From: Octopus bimaculoides | Lineage: Eukaryota | NCBI RefSeq assembly: GCF_001194135.2 | Contig: NC_068983.1 | Span: 123,353,147 to 123,417,146 of the forward strand | DNA: 64,000 nt | Direction: 5' to 3' | Shown here: positions 40,680 to 53,200 of the stretch, piece by piece | Position numbering within the stretch: position 1 is the stretch's first letter | Layout: the number at the start of each line of letters is the position of its first letter | Program-made: the position numbers and the translations under genes | The notes under the pieces: model-generated | The model's database searches: none | What the model saw: only the letters and a program-made list of their open reading frames with translations | Told to the model about the DNA's origin: nothing

Positions 40680-42040
40680 ATGGAAAATTGTTTGCAAGAA
40701 TATACTGCCGTGAATTGTGAAAGAGTCAAGATCAGTGACTATTTAAACAATGAAGACCAATTAATAACAGGGTTTGGGATCCATTAACTACGGAAGAGAC
40801 AAAATTTATGCGCAACTTTAAGAAGGCTTAAACTATGGAGACTAAATCAAGAAACAAGTCAAGTCAATAATGCATTGGTACACAATGAAACAAAGAACAT
40901 TACACAAACAAATAATCTAATCAGGGCTGCAAGTAGAATTGTGGCAGAAAGGATGGGATTGAGAACTATTGAGAACAGAACATTGAAGGATAAAAGAGCA
41001 AATAAGCAATACAGGTGGAAAAAGAGAATTTCAGAAGATATAAACTCCTTGAACAGAGTAGTGTTAATGCTTGTCAGGAAAAGAAAAGGAGAATTGAAGA
41101 ATGATTGCAAATTTGAAAAAGTGAGGAAGAAGTATGGTGTAGATAAAAAAGGTCTGAATATTGTAATTGAAGAACTGAAGCAGTGCATACTTGCTAAAAG
41201 GTTTGAACACTAGATTAAACAATACCAGCAAAACCAATTGTTTAGAATTGACCAAAAAAGATTTTATCAAGAAATCAATGATGGTATAGAATGTTAAAGA
41301 TTAGTTCCTAATACTGATGAAAGTTGACAGCTCTGGGATAAGATATGGAGTAAGCAAGAACAACATAATACAGCAGCTGAATGACTCTGTAGCCTGAAGC
41401 AAACAGCTTCTTATCCCCAGCAAGAAGCTATCCACATCACAGAAGACAGTATCAGAAATATGAGTACAAAGATAAGCACCTGGAAAGCAGCAGGACCTGA
41501 TGGTGTACAGGGATTTTGGATAAAAAAGTTCAGTAGGCGCCATAAATTGATTGCAGAGCAATTTAAAGCATTCGTTGATGGAGAAGAAAACCAGGGCTGG
41601 TTGACAAAAAGATGAACAATGTTGTGTCTGAAAGATGCATCAAAAGAAAATGCTACCAACACTTACAGGCCAATTTCTTTCCTCCCATTAATGTGGAAGT
41701 TACTGTCAGGAGGAATTGCAGAAGAGCTGTACACATTTCTTGATGAGAATGATATGATACTGATGGAACAAAAAAATTGTAGGAGATGCAGAGGTGTCAA
41801 AGACGAATTATTGGCCTGGATTGACTATTGCAAAGCTTATGACATGATTTCACATTTGTGGATCATTGAATGCTTAGATTTGTTTGGAATTGTGAGAAAT
41901 GTAATGCATTTTCTGAAAAGAAGTGTGGTGGGGGTGGAAAACTGAGTTGACAGCCTATGGAAAAAGCTTGGGCACCCTGGGCATCAGAAGAGGGATTTTC
42001 CAAGGTAACAGCTTATCTCCATTGCTTTTTGTTCTGACTT
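40680..42040 (+). mobile_element. R4/Dong-clade non-LTR retrotransposon remnant
   Basis: [58 protein letters not shown] translations. Confidence 0.85.
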
Positions 42041-42288
42041 AGGGATAAACAACAATTAGATTGTACAAAGCACATTTACACAGTATAATGGCAATGAAAT
42101 GTACTACTACTACTACTTGAAAAACTTATGGGTTGGTGACAGGAAGAGCATCCAGTCATAAAAATCTTACCTCAAAATAGATTCATGTTAAAGCCATACT
42201 AGCATGGAAAACAAATGAATGACATTTAGCTTTGTAAAAGACAGAAAACAAAATCAATGACAAATTTTTAAAAATAAAGTAAACATAC

Positions 42289-42406
42289 CTTCACCAATTA
42301 ATGTTGATTTTGTATAAAGTGCAGTTAATTGGCGCATGAAAACTGAACTTTTATTGTCACTAACAGCTTTGAGTGCAGCAGTTTCAGTTTGTTTAACAAC
42401 ACCAAC
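42289..42406 (-). CDS. MSH3: MSH3 coding exon 4 ([14 protein letters not shown]...[10 protein letters not shown])
   Basis: Manual translation; conserved MSH3 motif; 118 nt, phase 0-1. Confidence 0.97.
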
Positions 42407-44442
42407 CTAAGTATCACAGAATAAATAACAGAACAATATGTATAGAAACAGCGGTACATCTTCAAAAGTTTTATTATTTTTTTCACAGACAAATCTTAAA
42501 GATTTGATATTTACTTTTGATAATAGGAAAACAAATAGCAAATCATACAACATATCATGTTTTTATTAGTTTCATTTTTTAATCATATTTATATGGATAC
42601 ATTAACAATCTAAGATCAAGTTGTTAAACCCCATGCAAGATACACTACTCTACTTTATACAAATATGTTGATTTTTAACTTATAAATACTAAGACGTTGA
42701 TATATGATATCACATTTACAAGATTTCTCTTTCACTTATGGTGATAAAATGCATTATATTAGATAAAAATCACAATGTATGAATAAGTACTCATTAATTA
42801 TATCATAGCAGAAAGTACCCCTCTGAGGCATGAGTCTAGGCAAGGTTGTTTTGTAAAAGACCTGCAGTCACCCAGGCATAGCAGCCTTTCCTCTTCGCAA
42901 AGACTGATACAGCTTGGCACCAGTGATGTTGCAACTCATTTCCACAGCTGAATGAACTGGAGCAATGTGAAAATAAAATATCTTGCTCAAGAAAACAACA
43001 CAGCCTGGTCTGCAAATCAAATTCACAACCTCACGCCTGATGCTCTAACCGTTGACCTATGTGCCTTCACTTGAAGGCGCATGGAAGGTATTTGGGTCAC
43101 AATCATAAGGTCATGAGTTTGAAAACTGGCAGCATGTTGTGTCCTTGAGCAAGACACTTTATTTCACATTGCTCCAGTTCAATCAGCTGGCAAGATTGAG
43201 TGGTACCTGTTATTCAAAGGGCCAACTTTGTTGCATTCTGTGTCACACTGAATCTCCCTGAGAACTATGTTATGGATAAGTGTGTCTGCGAAGTGCTCAG
43301 CCACTCACATGTTAATTTCATGAACAGGTTGTTTTGTTGATCAGATCAACTGGAACCCTCATTGTCGTAACCAACAGAGTGCCAGTTACCATAACATCAC
43401 TTTGGTTACTTAATCATCTCCTTCAGTACATAACTGTTACCATAGTTAGATAAATGTTTTGGTTACATAAATGTCACCTTGGTTACTTAAACATAGGTAC
43501 AGAAAACACTGTAACTAAAATAACTTGTATCATCTTTAATACCTCAATTCTATTAATAGAATTCTATAGCATAATACCTAAAATCTAGTGGAGGTACTGC
43601 AATGGTTCTTGGATGGTACATTTAATCTGTTGCCTTGTTTAACACCAACAGCAAGAGATTATTGCTTGCCTTTAGTGAAATACATTTTGTTGTAAATATT
43701 AACAGAAGACCTCTGGTCTGATGATAACTTGATAACAATAAAATATTTCAGCTACTACAGTGGCCATTATTCCATGTCACTGCCATTTGAGACCAATAGT
43801 TTCTCTTCTTTCTGTTACTCTCTCAGCCCTGCAATAATCAACCTTTCCTCCCTGGAATATCGAACACCAACTAAATCAATCTTACTAGCATCAAAGAGCC
43901 TAAGAAGGCCATGAGTGGAAGTACTTCCTCTAGATGAAACCATTAAAAACAAAAGCAAATGCAGCAACTCAGAGGTTGTAGTTTTTCCTTCCCTTCTACC
44001 TCAACACCAGTCTCAAAAACCTGACAAAGTTCAGGAAGGAAAAAAAGAATCAACAGGAGGCTTAAACCAAGAAGGAATCCTCTATCTGTTCATTCAGTAT
44101 GCTAGAAATACCAACCAAATCACCCTTCTGTAACACCAGGCCATCAGAAAAAAAGGACACATTGGATATTGTAGTCCTAGATATTCTATGTCTAGATGAT
44201 ATGGTCAAGGTTGAAATGTCTTTGATCATAAGCCTACTTCATCAGGACTGACAAAGCTAAACAACAACTACTATTGCTACTACTGAGTGTCAAGGACACA
44301 TTAATGTAGTCCCAGATACACTAAAACTTAAATACACAATGGTCAAGGCTGGAATATATTAGGTCTGCTCTATGAGTGCTAACTTAGGGTTAAACAACAG
44401 GAATAGGATACTGAAAATAAGCTTTGCAACTATAATACTCAC

Positions 44443-44559
44443 CTTGTAGCCTGCAGTGACAAGGCGTTGAACATGGACAAACAGACGATGTGTTGGGATA
44501 CTGGCAGTCATAAAATTATGGTCTGGATTACAGGTGATCTTTAAAACATCTGCAGCAAT
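44443..44559 (-). CDS. MSH3: MSH3 coding exon 3 (IAADVLKI...[26 protein letters not shown])
   Basis: Closely matches the vertebrate MSH3 MutS-I segment as I recall it; 117 nt, AG/GT bounded, phase 0-0. Confidence 0.97.
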
Positions 44560-44849
44560 CTGAAAAACATCACATATTTTCAATTACTAACTATTTTATA
44601 ATGTCTTGACATGCTTCCTGGTAAACTAATATCACTAAACCATTTAATCATATTTAGTCACCAATTCTGGACACATCTTATCTAAATTTAATGAAAAGAG
44701 CACCCTATGTGATCACTTGAGTAGATCGACCCCAGTACACAACTGGTACTTAATTTACTGACTCCCGAGAGGATGAAAGGCAAAGTCAACCTCAGTGGAA
44801 TTTGAACTCAGAATGTAATTAATGGAACTCTGTCGGTTATGACGACAAG

Positions 44850-45230
44850 TATTCCAGTTGATCCAATCAACGGAACAGCCTGCTTGCGAAATTAATGTGT
44901 AAGTGGTTGAGCACTCTACAGACACGTGTACCCTTAATGTAGTTCTCGGGGAGATTCAGCATGACACAGAGTGTGACAAGGCTGGCCCTTTGAAATACAA
45001 GTACAACAGAAACAGGAAGAAAGAGTGAGAGAAAGTTGTAGTGAAAGAGTACAGCAGGGTTCGCCACCACCCCCTACAGGAGCCTTGTGGAGCTTTAGGT
45101 GTTTTTGCTCAATAAACACTCACAACGCCCAGTCTGGGAATCAAAACCGTGATCCTAAGACCGCGAGTCTGCTGCCCTAACCACTGGGCCATTGCATTTC
45201 ACCCAGCATGCTAACGTTTCTGCCAGCTCA
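44850..45230 (-). mobile_element. Second tRNA-headed SINE family (others about 43000-43390, 57380-57645)
   Basis: Shared ccagttgatccgatcaacggaacagcctgc body and tRNA-like head. Confidence 0.75.
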
Positions 45231-45311
45231 CTGCCTTTATATATACAACTGCACTTTGAATGTGGCTCCCGAGAAAGAGTAAACGTAATTATCCGATCAA
45301 CGATCACAACT

Positions 45312-45581
45312 AGTATATAATAAAGTGTATGGAGACTTGTACATCCACAAAATTTATTTCATAGTTATATACAGCATATCATAACAACCTATATGTTTCC
45401 ACTGCAGCGACTACTCACTGTTGCAAATGCAGCTTTGCAATATTGTCGATGCAGTTTCATCAGGGGCCATCCATTTGGTCATTCTCGGAGTGAATATAAT
45501 ATGTTGTATATAACTATAAAATAAATTTTGTGGATGTACAAATCTCCATACCTTTTATTATTATTAATATTAATATATACT
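45312..45581. mobile_element. Foldback MITE with about 65-bp TIRs
   Basis: taaagtgtatggagacttgtacatccacaaaatttatttcatagttatatacagcatat recurs in inverted form with few mismatches. Confidence 0.8.
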
Positions 45582-47119
45582 CCAGGCAACTGTTACAGTC
45601 CAGCACAGAGCACATGGAAGTACCTATCGGAAGAATTCAGGGATTAACTAACAACTAATTGTAGACACAGACATTGGATACTGAGTGTTGTGGTTAGCCA
45701 TCAACTGGAACTCAACTGAGAGCTAATATGGTATCCACCTGGATAATATATCCCTCCAAACTCACTATATATATATATATATATATATAGTAAGAGTATA
45801 GGGATTTAAGAAATCCAGGTGAGTACCTCAGTCAGTACTCATGTGAAATCTTATCTAACAGAAAGGAAAAGAAAGGAAAGAAAATTAGAATTAGTAATCA
45901 GTTAATCTAAAAGATACTCTATGCAAACAGTAAATCCAGGTTAATGTACTGATTATAAGATTTATTATCTGCAAAGGATGCATCAATGTAGACAAACAAA
46001 AGGATTGTAAATGAGGGTATTACATTTATTAATCAATTACAATCATTTCAATAACTAGTGGAAATGTTAGATCGATCAATATGTTAAGTTACACAAATAA
46101 AAACAAAAAATTATGTAAGATCAAACAATATAAAATGAAGTTTCACATAAACAGCTGGTTAAATAAACATGAAAAAGACAGGAGCTTAGAAGATCATAGT
46201 ACTGAATTAAATAACAAGTTGTCATACTAAAAGGAGGAATTATAAAGACAAGGTGTCATCTTAGTTCTTTCATTAGATCTACTGTAAACCAGCAGGGCGA
46301 CTAATTGACACATTTAGAGAACCAAAAATTTATTGAATACATAGATACTAGAGGAGAGATAAGCAAAGAGATCAGATGGAAATTTTCAAAGAAACATTAG
46401 TTTACTACTATATTCTTGATAGTGCCATAGACAGAAGTAAAATACAAAGAGAAAATGAAGATATAGATAAGATTTGAAAAAATGAAGACAAGTAATTAGA
46501 ATAAAGGTACAAAATATAGTAATAAAATTGCCACTAAAATTATGGCTTGATATTATTAGGTCAATTAGCGCTGAAATTAAATAAAAATTACTTAAAAAAT
46601 AAGATTAGTTTTGTAGGAAAACATTTAAGCAGGATTAGAGAGCATTTAAAACAGAATCCTCTGTGATAAAGCTGGAGTAATGCAAAGAATGAGAAGGTGA
46701 TCTATATCTATCTCTAAACTGTTTCACGGTCAGTTGGTCAGTGACTTAAGCCCCCCCAACCTGGCTTGCCAGGGAAGGAGGGTGTTGTGGACATTCTGCA
46801 GGACTAAAAACAAGACCTGTCAAAGGACAGATGTGTTTATTGTGAACTAATGACCATCCACACAAATAGTGTCTTGTTAAAACATTCTGCACATGGGCTT
46901 GCAAACTGTAAATTTAAAAAATAAGAGATTGGATTCTTGAAGTCTTGTAAACAACAATTCTAATGTAATATGAAGTAAAGGGCTAATTGCCCCTTTTGTT
47001 ACTATATTTCTCTCAAAATACACTGTCTTTGTTTTAACTAATTTTGAAAATAATGGAGAATTTAATAAAATAATTTTGTTGTTATTAAAATGGTGTGTGA
47101 AACATAAATCAACATAAAA

Positions 47120-48260
47120 TTATAATGGAAATTTTAAACCAGAAGTTTGTATCAAGCTTTTGATGAGAAGCAAGAGAGAGACATATGACAATGAAGACAA
47201 CTGGAAGTTCTTATGGGACAATCTACTGAGGGCGACAGGCCAAGTCTGTGGCTGCAGCAAAGCCTCTGTCAGACCAAGGGTGACATGGTGATGGAACAGT
47301 GAGGTTGACAGGGCCATAAAATAGAGACGGGTCTGGAAAGAGTAGAAAAGTGGAGGTGAAAAAGAACCATATCAGATATCTAAAAGAGAAGCTAGCCATC
47401 AGGTATATCTAGGTAGGGCAGAAGCAGAAAGGAAGAGGTTTGCCAATGTCCTATGGAATGAAGATCAGAGACTTGAGGTGTTCCAGATTGCTAGATAGTG
47501 TGTTATAGAGAATTGACATGTTGCAGAAGAATGTGTACAGATGGATGACAATAGTGTGCTTGCACTTAGAGATTCTGAAAAGAAAGAGGTGTGGAAGAGT
47601 TTCTACGTAAGGGTATTAAATGTGGAGAATGAATGGGAGAAAGGGAATCTCCCTCATGTGAACCCAACAGAGGGACCAGCTAGCCTAGTTGACAACAGTA
47701 TGAAAGATAAGGCAATTAAAAATATGAAGACAAGAAAAGCCCCTGGTCCATCAGGAATCGTTGCTGAGATGCTTCAAATATCTGGTAGAGTAGGATATGG
47801 GCCAGTTAATCAGGTTATTCAGGAAGGTATAATCCTCAGTGACTCAGTGACTGGTAGCATTATAGTCAACTGCTACAAGAGAGATGCTTCAGATAGAAGT
47901 AATTATAGAGGCATCAAATTGCAGGACCAGGTGATAAAAGTTAGAGAGAGTTAATTAGGAACAGAATTAGACTAGATTAATTAAAAACAGAATTAGACTA
48001 GATGAAAATTAATTAGGAACAGAATTAGACTAGATGAAATGCTGTTTGGCTTTGTCCCGGAGAGAAGCACTACCAATGCTATTTTCACAGTCAGGCAACT
48101 GCAAGAAAAATATCTAGCTAAGAATAAGCCATTTGTTGATCTGGAGAAAGCTTTTAACAGAGTACCCTGCTGTGTGATATGGTGGCCTCTGAGGAAGCTA
48201 GGAGTAGATGAATGGCTAGTGAAGCTGTACAGGTCATGTACAGAGGCTCTGTCAGTAAGG
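47120..48260 (+). mobile_element. RTE-clade LINE fragment
   Basis: [55 protein letters not shown] translations. Confidence 0.9.
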
Positions 48261-48352
48261 TGACAGCTTGACCTCAAGCTACATAACCTTAACATGGGAA
48301 AATAAACTTGTTCTACAACAAGAAAGCAAATAACATATAAAACAGTATTTAC

Positions 48353-48856
48353 CTGAGCATCTTCACCAAAAAATCGGTATTTATAACCACATTCAATGAG
48401 CAAGATAGTACCAGGGTATTTTGCTTTCAAATCAACAACTTGTTGTTCTAAAGGTGTATATTTTATTGTTGGAAAAGATTTTAACTTGTCACTGCCATGA
48501 GATACTGTCTTGACTTTTGCTGAGCTCTCTTTACATTCTGCTTCAGGTGTTTTGTCATCTTCAGGATCCACATACATTTCAGCATCATTGTCTTTTGCTA
48601 CATTGTCATTTTGTTCATCTAGATCAGGTAAGCCACTTGCAAATCTATTTTTAAGTTCTTCCAAGTCAATGTTTTTATCATGTGAAGTAGACAAGGAAAA
48701 AGCATTCAGTTTTGATTGCGTTTCTTCATGGAGGCCAAGGCGTATCTTTGAACTAAGAGATGATTTTAATTTCTTGCCAAAATCTGAAGATGTCCCAGTG
48801 GTATCTTCATTATGCGAGACTTTCCTTTTTTTCGCAGCTTCAAAATTACAGTTAGA
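48353..48856 (-). CDS. MSH3: MSH3 coding exon 2 (linker plus start of mismatch-binding domain, ...YTPLEQQ...[14 protein letters not shown])
   Basis: ttttcag acceptor, 504 nt open frame, CAG|GTAAAT donor; the GYKYRFF motif is MSH3-specific (replaces the F-X-E motif of MSH6/MutS). Confidence 0.95.
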
Positions 48857-48936
48857 CTGAAAATTGTAAAATAATATAAATTATTAATGAAAATTAATTC
48901 AATAATTACAACAAAACAAATCATTAAAAATCTTAA

Positions 48937-49146
48937 CCCTTTCGTTACCAAACGGCTCTGGCTCTGTAGTACAAATGTCTAGTTTTCATAAGTTTTGAAT
49001 TAAAATCTTCCACCAAACTTTAGTCAAAATTTAGGTTCCTAACACTAGCTGAATGATAACTAAGTTATTTTGCTAAATTCTTTGTTATATTTAAAATAAT
49101 TAAAAGAAACACAGAGCATCTCAAAATAAATACAGTAACGAAAGGG
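48937..49146. mobile_element. piggyBac-like MITE, copy 1
   Basis: TTAA|CCCTTTCGTTAC...GTAACGAAAGGG|TTAA. Confidence 0.85.
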
Positions 49147-50079
49147 TTAAAGAAATTTCTTATTAACACTTTAGCATAGAGATTATTCTGTCAAATGTAA
49201 TGATTATTTATTCACATTGTTTTGAATTATTAATGCAAGATTTTGTAACTTTGAGATTTTGATGATGTGATCGTTTATTCTTAGAATGACATTGTAAGGT
49301 AGGTGTGAAAAGCCAGATCTGGACAGTTTGAACATAAGACAAGTAGATCTGGTTAGTTTAAATGCTGAAGGGTTAAGAAAAACTTTTCTGACAGTTTCTA
49401 ATTGTAGTGAGGTGCGAAATGATCTAGAAACAATTTTGGGCAGTTGTCTCATTGATCACCAATTAAAAACAGTGATTCAGACTGGTAACAAAAAGTCAAA
49501 ATTTGTGATTGCAAAGGAAGATAAAGTGGGTTGTTATATTGGTTTCAAATTCTGGCACAAGGCCAGCAATTTCAGGGGATGAGGCTAAGTCAATTAAATC
49601 AACACCAGTGCTCAACAGGTACTTACTTTAACAACCCTGAAAGGATGGAAGGCAAAGTTGGTCCTGGAAGTGTTTGAACCCAGAACATAAAGACAGATGA
49701 AATGCTGCTAAGCATTTTGCTTGGCGTGCTAATGATTCTGCCAGCTTGCTGCCTTAAATAGTGGTTTGTTACATTAACTCAAGTACATGACTACTGTTTA
49801 GTTTATTGAAGCCTGAAAGGTGAAAAGCAAAGTTGATTTTGCTAAGGTTTAAACTTGGAACATGAATACCTGTGAATATTAAGGTACTTGTTTCTTACAT
49901 AATAGTGGGGATGGGTAGTAATTTAGATTGGCCACAGCACTTAATGGTACTTTATTTCATTGACCTTCAAAGGATTAAAAAAACAAAACAAGGTTGGTCT
50001 CAATGGAATTTGAACATCAAGTGTAAAAACCCAGAATATAAAATTGCTTCTGATTTGGGTACAAGCCCAGTAATTTTAA

Positions 50080-50299
50080 CCCTTTCGTTACCAACCTGGC
50101 TGAAACCGGCTCTGGCTTTGAGTACAAATGTCCTGTTTTCATAAATTTTGAATTAAAATCTTCCACTAAATCTTAGTCACAATTTATGTTCCTAACACTA
50201 GCTGAATGATAACTAAGTTATTTTACTAAATTCTTTGTTATATTTAAAGTAATTGAAAGAAACACAGAGCATCTCAAAACAAATACAGTAACGAAAGGG
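50080..50299. mobile_element. piggyBac-like MITE, copy 2
   Basis: Same TIRs and TTAA TSDs; near-identical to copy 1. Confidence 0.85.
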
Positions 50300-53200
50300 T
50301 TAAAGGGATGAGGTTAGCTGATTAAATTGACCCATGACTTGACTAGTACTTTCATATCCACCTCAGAGGAATGAAAGAAAAAGTTAACCTCAGCAAGATT
50401 TGAATGCAGAATATAAAGAACCAGAACAATGACTTCAAGGCATTTTGCCTGATGCTTTAACTATTCTACTGGCTCACTACCCTCACAGCCAGAATAAAGA
50501 ATGCAACGTATTCAGTCCAATACTCAAATAATTCTGTTAATGCCAATGAGAGAGCACCTATCCAGTTGCTAAACCTGTTAGAAATAGCAGCTAAACAGTC
50601 TTCATATTGCACCCTACAAAAAAGATACTAGTTAAAACACTCATAGATAACAGAGCTAAAAGCAATGATGGAATGGTCAGAAACAACTTCTGACCAAGGA
50701 TCTACTCAATTAGGGGCTGATTTGGGGCTAAACAACAACAAAAACGTACATATGCAATTCTTCTCACTCTCTCTTTCTCTCACTCCCCCTCTCCCCCACA
50801 CATACACACAGGAACAGACACCTGCTTTCCGGAGAGAATTCATGTAATTTTTGAATCTTTTTTTGCAATGTATGCACACATGCTGTAATATACATATTTT
50901 CATTGCTTTACAAATAGAAAATTTGATGGGTCATATTTCATCCCAGATGTGAGCTGTATATCTTTCATGCTATGTTACTGATTGTGTAAATCTATTCTGG
51001 AGTCATTGCATCCCAGGTTTACATGACAGTGAATAAACCAGTTGTGATAAATCATAGTCATCATGACCATCATTTAATGTGTGCCTCCCATGCCAGCATA
51101 GGTAGAATATCATCATCATCATCGTCGTCGTTTAACGTCCGCTTTCCATGCTAGCATGGGTTGGACGATTTGACTGAGGACTGGTGAAATCAGATGGCTA
51201 TACCAGGCTCCAATCTGATTTGGCAGAGTTTCTACAGCTGGATGCCCTTCCTAACGCCAACCACTCAGAGAGTGTAGTGGGTGCTTTTTACGTGCCACCG
51301 GCATGAAGGCCAGTCAGGCGGTACTGGCAACGGCCACGCTCAAAATGGTGTATTTTATGTGCCACCCGCACAAGAACCAGTCCAGGGGCACTGGCAATGA
51401 TCTCGCTCGAAAGTCCTTACACATGCCACGGGCACAATATTTCATAATTCACTTTACTTTGACATTTCATATGTTCCACTGTTCTCTGACATTGATCTAT
51501 CAAAGAAAAAATTTTGATTTATTTTAGCAATGCCAAAAATAGCATCTACATTTATGAAAGAACTCAAGAAGGGTTATACCTCTCTTAAAAAAAAAATTGT
51601 TTGTGTTTGTGTGGGTAAGGTAAAGCTTGATCACAATTTTGCAGAGTTTTGCTTAGGGAAAAGGCCAGATATTAAAGACTGTTTACAATTTAAAAAGCAT
51701 AAAGTAAATAGTGTTTTTATCTTTTACTTGTTTCAGTCATTGAACTGCAGCCATGCTGGAGCACCACCTCCAAGGTTTTAGTTGAACAAATCGACACCAA
51801 TACTTCTTTTTAAGCCTGTTACTTATTCTATTGTTTTTTTTTTCTCAACTGTTGAGTAACAGGGATGTAAACAAACCAATACTGGTTATCCAGCAGTAGT
51901 TGGGGATAAAGAGGGGACAAACACAAAGACATCCGGGGACACACACACACACATACACATAATAGGCCTCTTTCAGTATCTCTCTATCAAACCTACTCAC
52001 AAGGCTTTGGTTAGCCCAGGACTATAGTACAAGACACTTGCCCAAGGTGCCATGTAATGGAACTGAACCCAGAACCATGCAGTTCAGAAGCAAATTTCTT
52101 AGCACACAACTTAAGTCAATCAGTGTTCTGTTCAATATAATTTTACTTTTGTTCAACTGAAAAACTATCATCTGGCATTCAACAGACATCACTATCTTTT
52201 ATACAATATTTTTTACTTTTGAGCAACAACAGAAAACATGGGAGCTACTTATGTTATTAAAACTTAATAGATTTAATTTTCTAATAAAGTTAATGTTCAC
52301 ATCAAAACCTAAATAGAAATAATAGTGGTGAAGAAAAAACATTAGCTTAGTAACTAATATTATTCTAATTATATAGCAAGTATGGGAGACAACTCCATAC
52401 ACTTTCAGCTTATTAGACCTCCTCATTAAATCATAAACTTCATTGTATTTGTGGAGGTAGTGATGAAGGAACCACTATGTATGTGTTCAATATTTTACAG
52501 GAGTAGGAGTAAAATATTAGCATTATTCATTAATTTATTAAGATATTATTTAACAAACTAAACTGTTGAAAAAGATAAATTGAAATAAAGGCTCTTATCC
52601 CCCACCAAACAAGATGCAGAAAATGCTAATAGAGAAGACAAACAGCAAAATGTAAATCAGTTGGAGGAAATGGCTTCAAAAAATAAAGAAAAACTTTTAA
52701 TGTCTTGTAGATATCTATAACCAATTGTAACTGAGGTGTCAAAAAGCTGCACATAAAAATGCAACTAAAACAATATTGCACATAATAAAAAAGAAATTGT
52801 AGAAAGTGTGAAATCATTTAAAATTTTCTAGTTTTATTCATGTTAAAATTGCAGAAAGGCAACTACTTATAGTGCATAGATCAGTGATTGATCTATAACA
52901 GAATGAGAATTCCTGGTTCTAAACTGAGATTAATAACTTGATTATCCTCAGAGCTGTGTGTTTACATTTAACTACTATTTAACATCTAGTGACGGGTTAT
53001 ATCTTGCTGTTTATTTCATCATTACTACAATAGAATCAGTTTTGAATGGTAATGGATAACATGAAATATTACATTACTGATGTATCCAGTTTCTCCAATA
53101 ACCAAATTTAATTGAAAGAGTCCTAAATCTGAGACACAGCCTTTCTTGGCAGCTGGAACATTACATTGATATTGTAGCCTGGCATGAAATTTTATTTTAT

